The position numbers and the translations under genes are program-made. A stretch of DNA of 63,327 nt, the filler included, from Octopus bimaculoides (lineage: Eukaryota), in NCBI RefSeq assembly GCF_001194135.2. It is 6 parts of 5 records of this genome, joined end to end, with 100 filler letters (N's around TTAATTAATTAA, not from the genome) between each part and the next. Parts side by side here need not be neighbours in the genome. Positions count along the whole stretch, not along the records: positions 37,844 to 51,496 come from NC_069002.1; positions 51,597 to 53,730 come from NW_026409005.1; positions 53,831 to 60,848 come from NC_068988.1; positions 60,949 to 63,327 come from NC_068981.1; 2 more parts are not named here. One strand, 5' to 3'. Position 1 is the first letter of the stretch. Each line of letters opens with the position of its first letter. Under the pieces are notes generated by a model. It was given only the letters and a program-made list of their open reading frames with translations, was not told where the DNA came from and searched no databases. This document shows positions 51,436 through 63,327 of this stretch, piece after piece.

Positions 51436-51451
51436 GTATCCTAATCCATTT

Positions 51452-51496
<45 letters not shown>

Positions 51497-51596
51497 NNNN
51501 NNNNNNNNNNNNNNNNNNNNNNNNNNNNNNNNNNNNNNNNTTAATTAATTAANNNNNNNNNNNNNNNNNNNNNNNNNNNNNNNNNNNNNNNNNNNN
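51497..51596. other. 100-bp assembly linker (N44-TTAATTAATTAA-N44)
   Basis: Direct. Confidence 0.95.
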
Positions 51597-52580
51597 TATT
51601 CTTTTTAAATTCATTTTCATTTTTTCGGAACTATTCTCTGGTGTATTTCCAATGATTTATTTATTCATCTTAGTTTCTTTCTTTTTCAAATATTTTTAAA
51701 TAGCATCAATGAAATATATTTTTGAAGAAAATATAATAACTTGATCACTTAAACAATTCTCTGATACCATATGTTGTTTAATTAATTCCATCTGTTCTAA
51801 ACATGGTTTGCATCTAATATCTAATCTTGCCATATCTTTATATCTTATAGTAACTCTCACACGCTAAATTGGAATTTCGTTCATCAACAACGAAGAACCG
51901 TCTCACCCCACTCCCTCCCACTAACACACTTAATATTCCAGTCATTTGAATGATTTTTCTTCTGTTTTTCCAGCTTGAAAATCCTCCTTGTAATGGGCTC
52001 CTTTACTTTTCTGATATGAAACATCGAAGTACTCTCTCTGACGTAACATTTTTTCCCCAACGGTAATGATTATAAGGAACTTTACGGCTATAACGCCAAT
52101 CCAAGGAATATTTCCCGACACTGAAACTGCCTTTTGCATTACATTTATTTGAAATTTACTCTTTATGCTAATAAATCTACCATGAATACTCAATCTTGCT
52201 TTGTTCGTCTTCTTATTAAAGTTTAAGAATTAAGAGATGTACATTTATATTTAATACGCTCGCGTACACTGAAACGTGGAAACATCTTCGTTACGGTAAC
52301 TGGCTCGGAGGAGAATACTTCCTTACAGACAATGTGTGTAAAAACACATCGAGCTGGATTAGCAATTGTGTTGTCGAACTTCATCCACAATAAACACAGC
52401 ATCTGTCGTTCGAAGCCACTAAGAACAACTGTCTTATTATGTAAACAACAAATAAGAAATAGCCACTCGTGAGTGAACAGGAATGTATTAAATATGATTG
52501 TATGCAGCTTTCTTTTAATCATCACTGATTTGTGCGTCGATATTTATTTGATTTTTAAAGTTACACTTCTTCTAGCGGAA

Positions 52581-52649
<69 letters not shown>

Positions 52650-53477
52650 GAGTGCATGCCCGTTGCTAAAGGGATGCTCTGTACGGCAATGCCCCCTCAC
52701 TAGTCAATGGCGCACCCTCAGATTTACAGTAATACACTTATTTCGAAACTCTACTTTAGCATTATTGCAAATTAGTGTCCATCCAGAATATTCTGAAGCA
52801 CTCCCAGATATCAAACTCTGGCGACGGGATTGCTTCTATTAATGTGTCTGTCTGTCTGTATTTATGTATGTATGTACATACTTCTTTGAATTTTATTAAA
52901 GTTCTTCTTAAAAGAGTTCAAACAAGATTCTTTGAGTTAAGAGCGTTTGTAAATATGTGGTTTGGTCGGTAAGTCGGTTCACCTGTCGATGCATACACCC
53001 TATTGTGTATACATCTAAAGAACCTTTGGAATGTCTTACAAATCTTCACTGTGCCACTAATAGATTAGATTTGGAGAATCCGTGACAGTTTCTTTTTCTC
53101 TTTCTTCCAAAAACCTAGTCTTTCTAAGTTCTGTGTGTGCGTGTGTGTGTGAGAGAGAGAAAGAGAGTGAGAGAGAGATAAAGAAAATGGAATCCACGAG
53201 ACTCATTATTATTCACTAAATCGCGGAGTAGATGGACAGGGACAACTGACGAAGAGATATACTCGTTATGTTGCATGTCTCGTTTCTCTGTTTGTTTTTT
53301 TCCGTTGTTCGAAAAAAGTTCGTTTTCTGTTTTCGTTTTTCGTTTCTCATTGTGTTTAACGTTTTTTTTATGTCCTGTACCCATATATGCATGCATGTAT
53401 ACATATAGATGTAGGTATGTACATATATGTATGGATATATGCATATATCTATATATTTATATTATTATATGATCGGG

Positions 53478-53700
53478 ACCTTTGTGATTTGACGGGCAAC
53501 ATTTTTTTATGTAGTGTTTTTGTATTCGAAGTTATTTCACGTTAAAAATTGTCTTATTTCGATAATTTCAACTAATCATTGATGTCTATTCAGTTGAATA
53601 CAGTAACTGCTGTGACGGTGTATATGGTATTAATCCCCGTTAGTTCTGACATTTCCGATTTACTAGACTGTTCGTAAAAAAAGGGGAAAAAGCCATCAAA
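53478..53700 (+). mobile_element. Further copy of the arm sequence of the 7975-8675 fold-back family
   Basis: AAAAATTGTCTTATTTCGATAATTTCAAC shared with 8140-8170. Confidence 0.65.
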
Positions 53701-53730
53701 ATACTTGAATATTGCCTGCACTTATTGGAG

Positions 53731-53830
53731 NNNNNNNNNNNNNNNNNNNNNNNNNNNNNNNNNNNNNNNNNNNNTTAATTAATTAANNNNNNNNNNNNNN
53801 NNNNNNNNNNNNNNNNNNNNNNNNNNNNNN
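53731..53830. other. 100-bp assembly linker (N44-TTAATTAATTAA-N44)
   Basis: Direct. Confidence 0.95.
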
Positions 53831-53947
53831 ATTTCAATGAGTATTACTTACTCGGGTATAGTCCAACCCTTTGTCAGCTATATTTGGGCTCCATGCGATG
53901 TCTTTATTTCCGATGTTTTTGGATAAGTTTCGGAGCAGTGATTTATC

Positions 53948-54014
<67 letters not shown>

Positions 54015-54034
54015 GTCTACTACTATTATTATAT

Positions 54035-54440
<406 letters not shown>

Positions 54441-54441
54441 T

Positions 54442-54479
<38 letters not shown>

Positions 54480-54569
54480 CCACTACTACTACTAGTAGTA
54501 CTGCTACTACTTCTACTACTACTACTCTTATTATTTCTATTATTTTTGTTATTACGCTAGTACATGCCA

Positions 54570-56580
54570 AATTGTTTAGCACTTACCTTATCTCATTATT
54601 CGGATTCATGATGTTTGGAGACAATTTTACTCATTATTCAGATTCTTTTAGAATATAAGATGGTGGTTTCCTACTTGTCAACAATGTGAGTTTCAATTCC
54701 AATTACTTTCTGTCTTTTAGATAGTGTCTTAGATTTAGTGTCAAGTGCACCAATTAACACAGGAATAATTTTTGTTTTGGCCTTCAATAGTCTCCTTAGC
54801 TTTCTGGGTAAGAGCACATATTTTTCATTTCGTTCTTTAATTTCCTTCCTATCGACTCTGTTTTCATGGAGACTTGCACAATCTCTGATGTTACGCTAGT
54901 TGTTTGTTTTGTTCTCATATCTGCTCATATTACTTGAATCGTAAGGTGAGACTTAATGAGGAAATACCACGAGATTTGTAATCCTCATATTCCACCAGTC
55001 CTAGGTTCGTGTTCATACGAATTATTGTTTTTAAGCTATTCACTCGGGTAACATCCCAATACACTCTTTAATCTACACAGTTGTGTCTACACTGATAGTT
55101 TTTTACTGGCTGTATACTACTATCACTCATATGATGATTGTTACTTTTGTATATGTCCCTGCAGGTGGTACATTAAATGTATGACTGAGATTTTTGCTTT
55201 TATGGAATTCATTCTAAGCATCTGTTTTTGAGCAGCTATAATTTGAGTTTCTCTCTCTCTCTCATTTGAAGTTCTCGTTCTTTAACCAGAGCTAGCGATC
55301 CTTACTTTCCGACAATATCGGTTTGTTGTTTGCAATTTCATATCATTCCATTTGTTTGGTGTTTTGTTATTTATTTTGTCGTTGAATATCCCTACTATTT
55401 CGGTCCATTTTTGGATTATCGCGGGTTACCAATAGCATTCTTCCTTTGCTCTGCACAACATAATTTTTCAGGCTCTGTGTCGCAATATTAACAGTCTTCG
55501 ACGTTTAGTAATTCTCTGACACCACGTTCCTTTCTTCGTAGGTAAAATCGGTCTGAGTAGCTTTCAATTTCCTCTATTCAAGTTCTGTACCTCGGACTTT
55601 ATCCAGTTCACAAAGGGAGCAGAACATCTCAGTATGGCCATAGCCCATGTATTTATGGCGTTAATGTTGTTTCAAAGGCATTCCTAATTCCATTCTTGTA
55701 CTCTTTATAATCGTATCGACTTCCATTCCCCTTAGATGTTTGTACCACTCATCATTCCTCAGCGTTTTAATGATTTTGTCATCGAAGTTTACCTTCTGGT
55801 CTCTCTCCATAATTCGTTCTGCACACGTATTTACCCCAAACTTTACTGAATATTGTCACCATCCATTTGAATCCCAGTGTCTATGCCAGTCTTATTGTTT
55901 GTATACAGCTTGAGGTGATTTATCCTCAACTTAGATTTGGTAAACCCATAGGCAAACCTGGATTATCACAGTATACTTGTGAGAGGGGTTAGCGCAATGA
56001 CGAATAATAATGACGTGAAAATGCCCTGCGTTTTTTTTTTTTTGACGTTTTTCATTCGCCCATGTCAACTCTATTTCTCTCACACTCATTGCTTTCTCCA
56101 AAAAATTGCTTATCTTTTCATTCACTCCGAGCGTTCTCAGAAACTCTAAGGTGCGTCATAATCCTTCGTGTAAACTATCTATCTAGTAGCTTATTCTTCT
56201 TCTTCATCGTTCTTATTAAATATTCTATTTTCTATATACAGCAAATAAGAAGTCTTTCTTTATTTTTCCTAAATCCCTTTTTTCCCTATGGCAATAGTGT
56301 CTCCTTTTCCAAAACAATTATATCTTCATCTGCTATGAAGCCAGTTTATAGTTTCCAGAGTAACGGTAAGCAATTAATAGGTCTGTAACTGCTGAATTAC
56401 CCTATCTTTTAGTTTTCCTTCTCTATTAGCACTGTCATTCCTTTTGCCATCCATGCTGGTTTTCTATTTTCTATGGAGCCATTAATAAATGGTCGTATAT
56501 AATTGTGTATACTTGGGAGATTCTTGAGCCAGACACTCTTGACACCATCTGGTTCGGGGTTTTCCACTTCGTTATTTACT
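54570..56580 (-). mobile_element. Old, heavily decayed R4/Dong-type RLE non-LTR retrotransposon (RT through endonuclease)
   Basis: Minus-strand fragments NYRPINCLPLLWKL*TGFIADE (RT N-terminal), a decayed HLLYxDD-like region ~55900, and EKYVLLPRKLRRLLKAKTKIIPVLIGAL..IGIETHIV (RLE C-terminus), in the expected order. Confidence 0.8.
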
Positions 56581-58589
56581 TAATAGTGTTGTTATTATTG
56601 TTTTTGTTGTTGTTGATAGCGTTGCTGTTGTCGTCGTTGCCATTACTAATATTATTGTTTCAGTCATATTATAATTGGGGAAAAAAGATTAGATGAAATG
56701 TAGAAGGAAGCATTCTGCATGCCAATCAACATTCGGTAGGGTATTACATATGCAATATATATAGAAACGTTCGCTGAGCTTAAATTCGTAATTGGATAAC
56801 CTTGGGAACTCTATATTTAACAGTATTAACAACCACAAGACGTATACCATTTTGGGCTGGCCTTATTATCATTTAGTCCCAGGTGGACTACACTGTAGCC
56901 GAACTTGAACAGCATTTCAGCTGTTGCAATCTAATATGCTATTCTGATGTAAGATGTAATAGATTATATTGTTCAGAGTGTTTGTCAATTAGAAGTTTTT
57001 ATCTTAGAAAGATTTCAGTGTTCTTTGTAGTAGGCTAAACACAGAGTCTCTCGTTGTGTTTCTTTTTAACATGGATTACATGTCACAGAAGGAAAAATGT
57101 ATATTTAATTCAATGGTCTATAGAAATAATTGATGATTATTTTATCGATCGCGGCTCGATAGACGCAAGATAAATTTTATAAAAGAAAGGTTTTCGTTCA
57201 GGTCTTCCACTCTAACATTGAGTTGTTGGAAGACAAAAAGATATCAACCCCCACATGGAATCTGTGTTCGTCACAATAGCGGCCAACGCAAACGAACGAA
57301 AACCCTAGCGAAATTACTCTTCTGACTATTATAATTCTTATAAGTTTTCTCTGAGTTTTGACTACCTTTTAAGAATAAAATACAAATAAAATACATGGTA
57401 AAATTAACAGCAGTGGGATTTGACCCCAGAAGTGAGTTCAATTATGGAAGCAAAGTACCGGAATATGTTTTCTGTATCACTTCAATATTTCAATCCATCA
57501 CTCTAAATTGATGTTATCGCAATAACTTCTGGAAACTGTCTATTATACAAATTCCATGTCCCTACATACAAGTTCATAAAAACAAGAACTGTATTTCTTG
57601 CTACAGTTTGACAGCAATGTGTGACAATTTATTCCCGTTTATATATAAAGTAAAATAATATTAAAGATATCCCATGAGTATATTCAAGAAGAAAGCATAG
57701 TTTTAGATTAGAGATGACAGGTAAATTTGTTGGACAGTTATAACGCGTTACTTTAACATTTTGTGCAAATGTAATTTCCGTGTGTTTATTTTTCACTATT
57801 TTTTTATATTGCAATTCATTATATAGATTGATATGTCGTTTGCCGTTCTTCTTCCCTCTTACTTTCCCAAAATATCTCCCTTCCTCTTTCTTTACTCATA
57901 TGCCTGTGTAAGTGTGATTGTGTATTTTCGTATATAATAATGTAATTATCTATGAGTGTATGCATACATGTATGTGTGTTGATGTATCCATAAATGTTAG
58001 CAGCAGCTTCTCATGAGTAACTGGTAAGCGTTTTCTAGAATTCACAAAATTGTTATTACATCTTCAGTAATTTAAAAAAACTTCATTTGTGGCCAGCTAT
58101 ATTTGCATGGGGAACTTGGAATTATGCAGTTTTTTATCATCGAAAATATATTTACTCACGCAATTTCATTCCCATAAGGAAAAAAGATTAAATAAAACCA
58201 AACTTTGGAAAAGCTGAGTGTTGTTTCAAAGGAACTTTTACGACAACATCAAGATATTCTCTCTGGGATGGGAGAGTGGAAATTTTACACTTTCATTCTT
58301 CTTAGTTTCATCCTGAATAGGAGACATGTCCATCACGCTGTCTCCATCCAATATAATACAATCTCCAAGGCGTCAGATTAATTTTTTATACAAGTATTTT
58401 TTTTTATCTGCAAACACTTAGAAAATACAGCTGATTCAAGGTCCAGAAAAATACTCGAATTTTAAGACTGAAGATAATGTGAATGTTTGCATCCTACAAA
58501 CAAAAGAAATTGGAGAGATCATCTCCACACACATCATTTATAGATAAGTTAATATAGGCTATGTGGTAGAACAGGTGTCAAGAACTTAC

Positions 58590-58685
58590 ATGGAAAACCG
58601 AGTTACAATTACTGGTATATATCCTCTCTTATGATACCAAGAAAATTTTCCTCTCTTAAAAAAATGCATGGCCACAGCTCACGAG
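58590..58685 (-). CDS. Candidate exon (A)RELWPCIFLREENFLGIIREDIY(Q*); alternative donor at 58613
   Basis: Strong acceptor ttttattttatctagtttcag and donor CAT|GTAAGT; phase 1 start matches the end of 62656-62777; in-frame TAA precedes the strong donor unless the weaker CA|GTAATT donor is used or the T7 run is one base short. Confidence 0.3.
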
Positions 58686-59227
58686 CTGAAACTAGATAAA
58701 ATAAAATAAAATGAAATTTGCTTTTCAGTAAACCGGAAACGATCATTCTTACGTCTAATGCGTAGTCTCTGTTAATGAACAGAACATCAAGACTTAGACA
58801 TCGCTTCAGATAATGTCATGGATTTTATTATGAGACAAATAGACTTTCTTGTGACTGAACATTTACGAAAATGCTACTTATGGCAGAAGGCGCCAACGGA
58901 ATAAATTTTGTTATAAGTATCGTGCATCTAATTCTCTCTTTCCCTCCTTCTCGCTTCCTCTCTCTCTCTCTCTCTTCCTCCCTCTCGCTTCCCNNNNNNN
59001 NNNCGCTTCCTCTCTCTCTCTCTCCCTCCCTCTCGCTTCCTCTCTCTCTTTCTCTCTCTCTCCCTCCCTCTCGCTTCCTCTCTCTCTCTCTCTCTTCCTC
59101 CCTCTCGCTTCCCCTCTCTCTCTCTCTCTCTAACTGCGTTTGTTTTGTCATTATCGATCTATATCTATATCTATATCTATATCTATACCTGCGTGTATAT
59201 GTACTTGTATATGTGCAATATGTATGT

Positions 59228-59572
59228 GGAGGTGCAATGGCCCAGTGGTTAGGGCAGCGGACTCGTGGTCATAGGATCGCGGTTTCGATTCCCAGACCGG
59301 GCGTTGTGAGTGTTTATTGAGCGAAAACACCTAAATCTCCACAAGGCTCGAACCCTGCTGCACTCTTTCAGCACATCTTTCTCTCACTCTTACTTCCTGT
59401 TTCTGTTGTGCCTGTAATTCAAAGGGTCAGTCTTGTGATACTGTGTCACGCTGAATATCCCCGAGAACTACGTTAAGGGTACACGCGTCCGTGGCGTGCT
59501 CAGTCATTTACACGTTAATTTCACGATTGGATCAACTGGAATTCTCGACGTCGTAAGCGACGGAGTGCCAAC
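59228..59572 (+). mobile_element. SINE family C
   Basis: Homology to 33845-34235. Confidence 0.88.
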
Positions 59573-60349
59573 ACATATGAGCAATATGAATATTAGCTTG
59601 TGTGCGCAGCATTCTACACGACAGTTGCAGAATATTATCACCTCATATTTATATTCAAAAACTGTATATCTTGCACCTAGAAGGCGCATTTAACGCAACA
59701 ATAGGCAGAGTAACTAAATATAGATTTGGAAAATAATCCAAGTTTTCAGTTAACACGTGAAACATAGCATATTCGACAGCTTTAGAAACCGAAAAACATC
59801 ACTGAACGTAGTGAGGGGCCGCTTACTAAATTTAGAACGTATTATCAAGACTGGTTTGTGGTTCAATTTGACGAACAGCAAGAATGACAAAACAAAATTT
59901 GCGTAGCATATCGGTATGCGTTCAACCAATTTTTAGATGTCGATCTAAAAATTATAAACATCTATCTGCATTACAGAAGTATACATTAAATCATTAATAC
60001 ATGCATAGAAATAGCGATAGACTACATGAATATGGAATGTGCTGAGGAGAAGGTGCATGCATATGATTTGCAAAATATGTTTTACACATGCCATTTGTGT
60101 ATTCAATTTTACAGTGATGAAGTGCCATAGCCTTCAAAAAAATCACTATACAAAATGCATGTATACACATAATCGCACACACATATATATGCACATAAAA
60201 ATACGGTTATATAATTACACGTATTCACTTCAAAAAAAGTACCAAGCATACGGATATATATATATATACCACCCCTTTAACACCACCACTGCTCAGTTTC
60301 ATCTATCTGTTATATCTTGTTCACTTTTTCTCCTTCATCTTCCTATAAT

Positions 60350-60810
<461 letters not shown>

Positions 60811-60848
60811 AGTAGTTTTATTTTTATAACGTGCTTTCACTTCACTAC

Positions 60849-60948
60849 NNNNNNNNNNNNNNNNNNNNNNNNNNNNNNNNNNNNNNNNNNNNTTAATTAA
60901 TTAANNNNNNNNNNNNNNNNNNNNNNNNNNNNNNNNNNNNNNNNNNNN
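60849..60948. other. 100-bp assembly linker (N44-TTAATTAATTAA-N44)
   Basis: Direct. Confidence 0.95.
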
Positions 60949-61009
<61 letters not shown>

Positions 61010-61014
<5 letters not shown>

Positions 61015-61232
61015 TGTATATGTATATGCTTGTGTGTCTGTGTTTGTCCCTACTAACATCGCTTGACAACCGATCCTGGTGTGTTTACGTCCACGCAACT
61101 TAGCGGTTCGGCAAAAGAGACCGATAGAATAAGTACTAGACTTCCAAAGAATAAGTCCTGGTGTCGATTTGCTCGACTAAAGGTGGTGCTCCAGCATGGC
61201 CACAGTCAAATGACTGAAACAAGTAAAGAGTA
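61010..61232 (+). mobile_element. SINE family B, 3' half (5' half lost at the linker)
   Basis: Homology to 4150-4372. Confidence 0.9.
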
Positions 61233-61244
61233 TAAATATATATA

Positions 61245-61830
61245 TATCATCATCATTTAACGTCTGTTGTCCATGCTGGCATGGGTTGGATGGTTTGACT
61301 GGGCTGGTACGCTGGAAGGCTGAACCAGACTCCAGTCTGATTTGGCATGGTTTTCTACACCTGGATGCCCTTCCTAATGCTAACCACTCCGAGAGTGTAA
61401 TTGGTGCTTTTACATCCCACCAGCACAGGTTCCATTTGCATGACACAGGGGTGCATTTACATGCCACTGGCATGGGTGACAATTTGCGTGACACTGGAGT
61501 GCGTTTATGTGCCACCAGCACGGGTGCCAATTTGCATGACACTGGTATCTGCCACAACTGTGATTTTGCTCGGCTAGATGGGTCTTCTCAAGCACAACAT
61601 AATGCCTAAGGTCTTGGTCATTGCCTCCATGAGGCCCAACACTTGACAGGAACTCAGCCACTTTGCCTCTGTGAGGTCCAACATTCGAAAGGAACTCGGC
61701 CACTTTGCCTCTGTGAGGCCCAACATTCAAAAGATGTTCTTTACATGCCACCAGTACGGGTGCACTTGGTTTGACGAGTCCTCTCAAGCACAGCACATCG
61801 CTAAAGGTCTCAGTCACTCAAACACACATA
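61245..61830 (-). mobile_element. Repeat family E with internal 47-48-bp and 42-bp tandem arrays, TGA-repeat 3' tail
   Basis: Reverse complement ..GCATTAGGAAGGGCATCCAGGTGTAGAAAACCATGCCAAATCAGAC...CCAACCCATGCCAGCATGG...GACGTTAAATGATGATGA. Confidence 0.7.
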
Positions 61831-62000
61831 CACAAGATATGTGTATTGTTAGTTTGTGGGTCAGCTGCAGGTTTTAGGCATAAGAGAATATATTCTCTTA
61901 CACCTAAAAGCCACAGCCAACCCATAAGCTAACAACACACATACCTTGTGTATATGTGTTTGATTTTGTTTATATACCTCAAGCTACTTCTAATTCATAG

Positions 62001-62036
<36 letters not shown>

Positions 62037-62259
62037 TCAAATATCAGAACCATGTGGTCAGGAAGCACACTTCTTACCACATAGCCATACCTGCCACCCA
62101 TTACCTATTTTTCCATCTTTGAAATCACTGTTTACCTCAGACATATTTAGATATAAAACATTGTAATAAATCAGTGCTGGCTGTAAGTTTATAATTTCTA
62201 ATTTCTATAGAAATATAACAGAATATATTAAGTTCATATTTATAATCATTTGTTTTTGG

Positions 62260-62606
62260 TTCTAGGTTCATTCCCATTGCATGGCACCTTGGGCAAGTGT
62301 CTTCTATAGCCTTGGGTCAACCAAAGCCTTGTGAGTGGATTTAGTAGATGAAAACTGGAAGAAGCCCATCATATATATTTGTGTGTGTGTGTGTGTGTTT
62401 ATCTCCCACCACTGCTTGACAACCAGTGTTGGTGTGTTTACATCCCAGTAACTTAGCGGTTCAGCAAAAGATATCGATAGAATAAGTACCAGGCTTTAAA
62501 AAAAACATATTACTACCAGGGCTGATTCATTCAGCTAAACTTTCTTCAAGGTGGTGCCCCAGTATAGCCATAGTCTAATGACTGAAACAAGTAAAAGATA
62601 AAAGAT
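62260..62606 (+). mobile_element. SINE family B with nearly all CpGs mutated
   Basis: Homology to 3960-4372 with systematic CG to TG/CA changes. Confidence 0.88.
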
Positions 62607-62655
62607 ATTCGTTTATGTCAAAAAGCTAAGATAGAAAATATAAAACAAAGCTTAC

Positions 62656-62777
62656 CCAGAATAGTGAAAACTAGCTGCTCACAAATTTCTTTGACTTCAT
62701 ACAGATTATTTACAATTTTATTGCTGAAACCAATAACAATGTCATCATTTGGATTCCAGCATTCACTTGCAGATAAT
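62656..62777 (-). CDS. Probable internal coding exon (R)LSASECWNPNDDIVIGFSNKIVNNLYEVKEICEQLVFTIL of an unidentified gene
   Basis: Acceptor cacatttatttcattgctag, donor CTGG|GTAAGC, 122 nt, only one of three frames open (40 codons), non-repetitive composition, CpG-depleted context. Confidence 0.6.
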
Positions 62778-63268
62778 CTAGCAATGAAATAAATGTGAAA
62801 ATGTCTGTGAATAAACTGGATCAAAAGAAATTTAAAATCAATATCTCATTAGACAATATGCCATCAGTATATCATGACTTTTGAAATAGCTAGTGCTGAA
62901 CAATATTTCAAATATAACTGTTATTATGTTTAAATGACAGCATACAAAACTTTGATTAATGCAGAGTGGATGTAAAATGCTTTTTTTTTTTATGTATGTA
63001 TGTCATTATTCAGTTTTATTTCAAGAATTTCTTGCCATTCATTGGAATTTCAACATCAACAGGGTATGTATGTATGCATGTATGTATATGTGTGTGCATG
63101 TGTGGACATGCATACATGTGTGTGCATGTATGCATGTGTATATATATGCATATATATGTATATACATGTATTTATTTATATATGTATGTATATTCCATCT
63201 TCTGTTTTTCATTTGCCATGTATATATATATGCACACAGACACACATAAATGTATATATAAACATGTA

Positions 63269-63327
<59 letters not shown>

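Noticed and set aside
51974-52400. Several 30-55-codon open frames with acceptor-like tracts on both strands
   Set aside because: Mutually incompatible and unrecognised; AT-rich DNA is full of pseudo splice sites
56848-56950. Exon-like segment (minus EMLFKFGYSVVHLGLNDNKASPK; plus VDYTVAELEQHFSCCNLICYSD)
   Set aside because: Equally plausible on both strands, so uninformative without transcripts
61620-61735. 42-bp repeats as a possible CRISPR array
   Set aside because: Units are contiguous with no unique spacers, there are no cas genes, and the context is eukaryotic

Overview
Eukaryotic, AT-rich, gap-ridden draft-assembly sequence. The SINE families and extreme microsatellite density point to an octopod cephalopod (Octopus-like); this is inference. 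Almost all supplied ORFs are microsatellite or N-run artefacts. Recognisable content: (i) about 40 copies or fragments of five SINE-like families; (ii) non-LTR retrotransposon remnants, namely one Tx1/L1-type element (CCHC ORF1 plus zf-RVT end of ORF2) and three restriction-like-endonuclease (R4/Dong-type) elements, the youngest sitting inside a (TAA)n tract; (iii) DNA-transposon remnants (two mariners, one maT/DD37D deletion derivative with TIRs and TA TSD, a mariner MITE, a Chapaev-like fragment, a fold-back element); (iv) a few candidate spliced coding exons on the minus strand (best: 62656-62777), which I cannot name; (v) five 100-bp N44-TTAATTAATTAA-N44 assembly linkers, so order and orientation across them is not guaranteed. 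I found no CRISPR array, rRNA, bona fide tRNA or complete gene, and no convincing novel multi-gene system. The most interesting signals are the microsatellite-embedded RLE retrotransposon, a locally templated insertion inside a SINE, a sharp CpG-depletion boundary at a scaffold join, a 218-bp perfect palindrome next to a gap, and closely spaced inverted SINE pairs.
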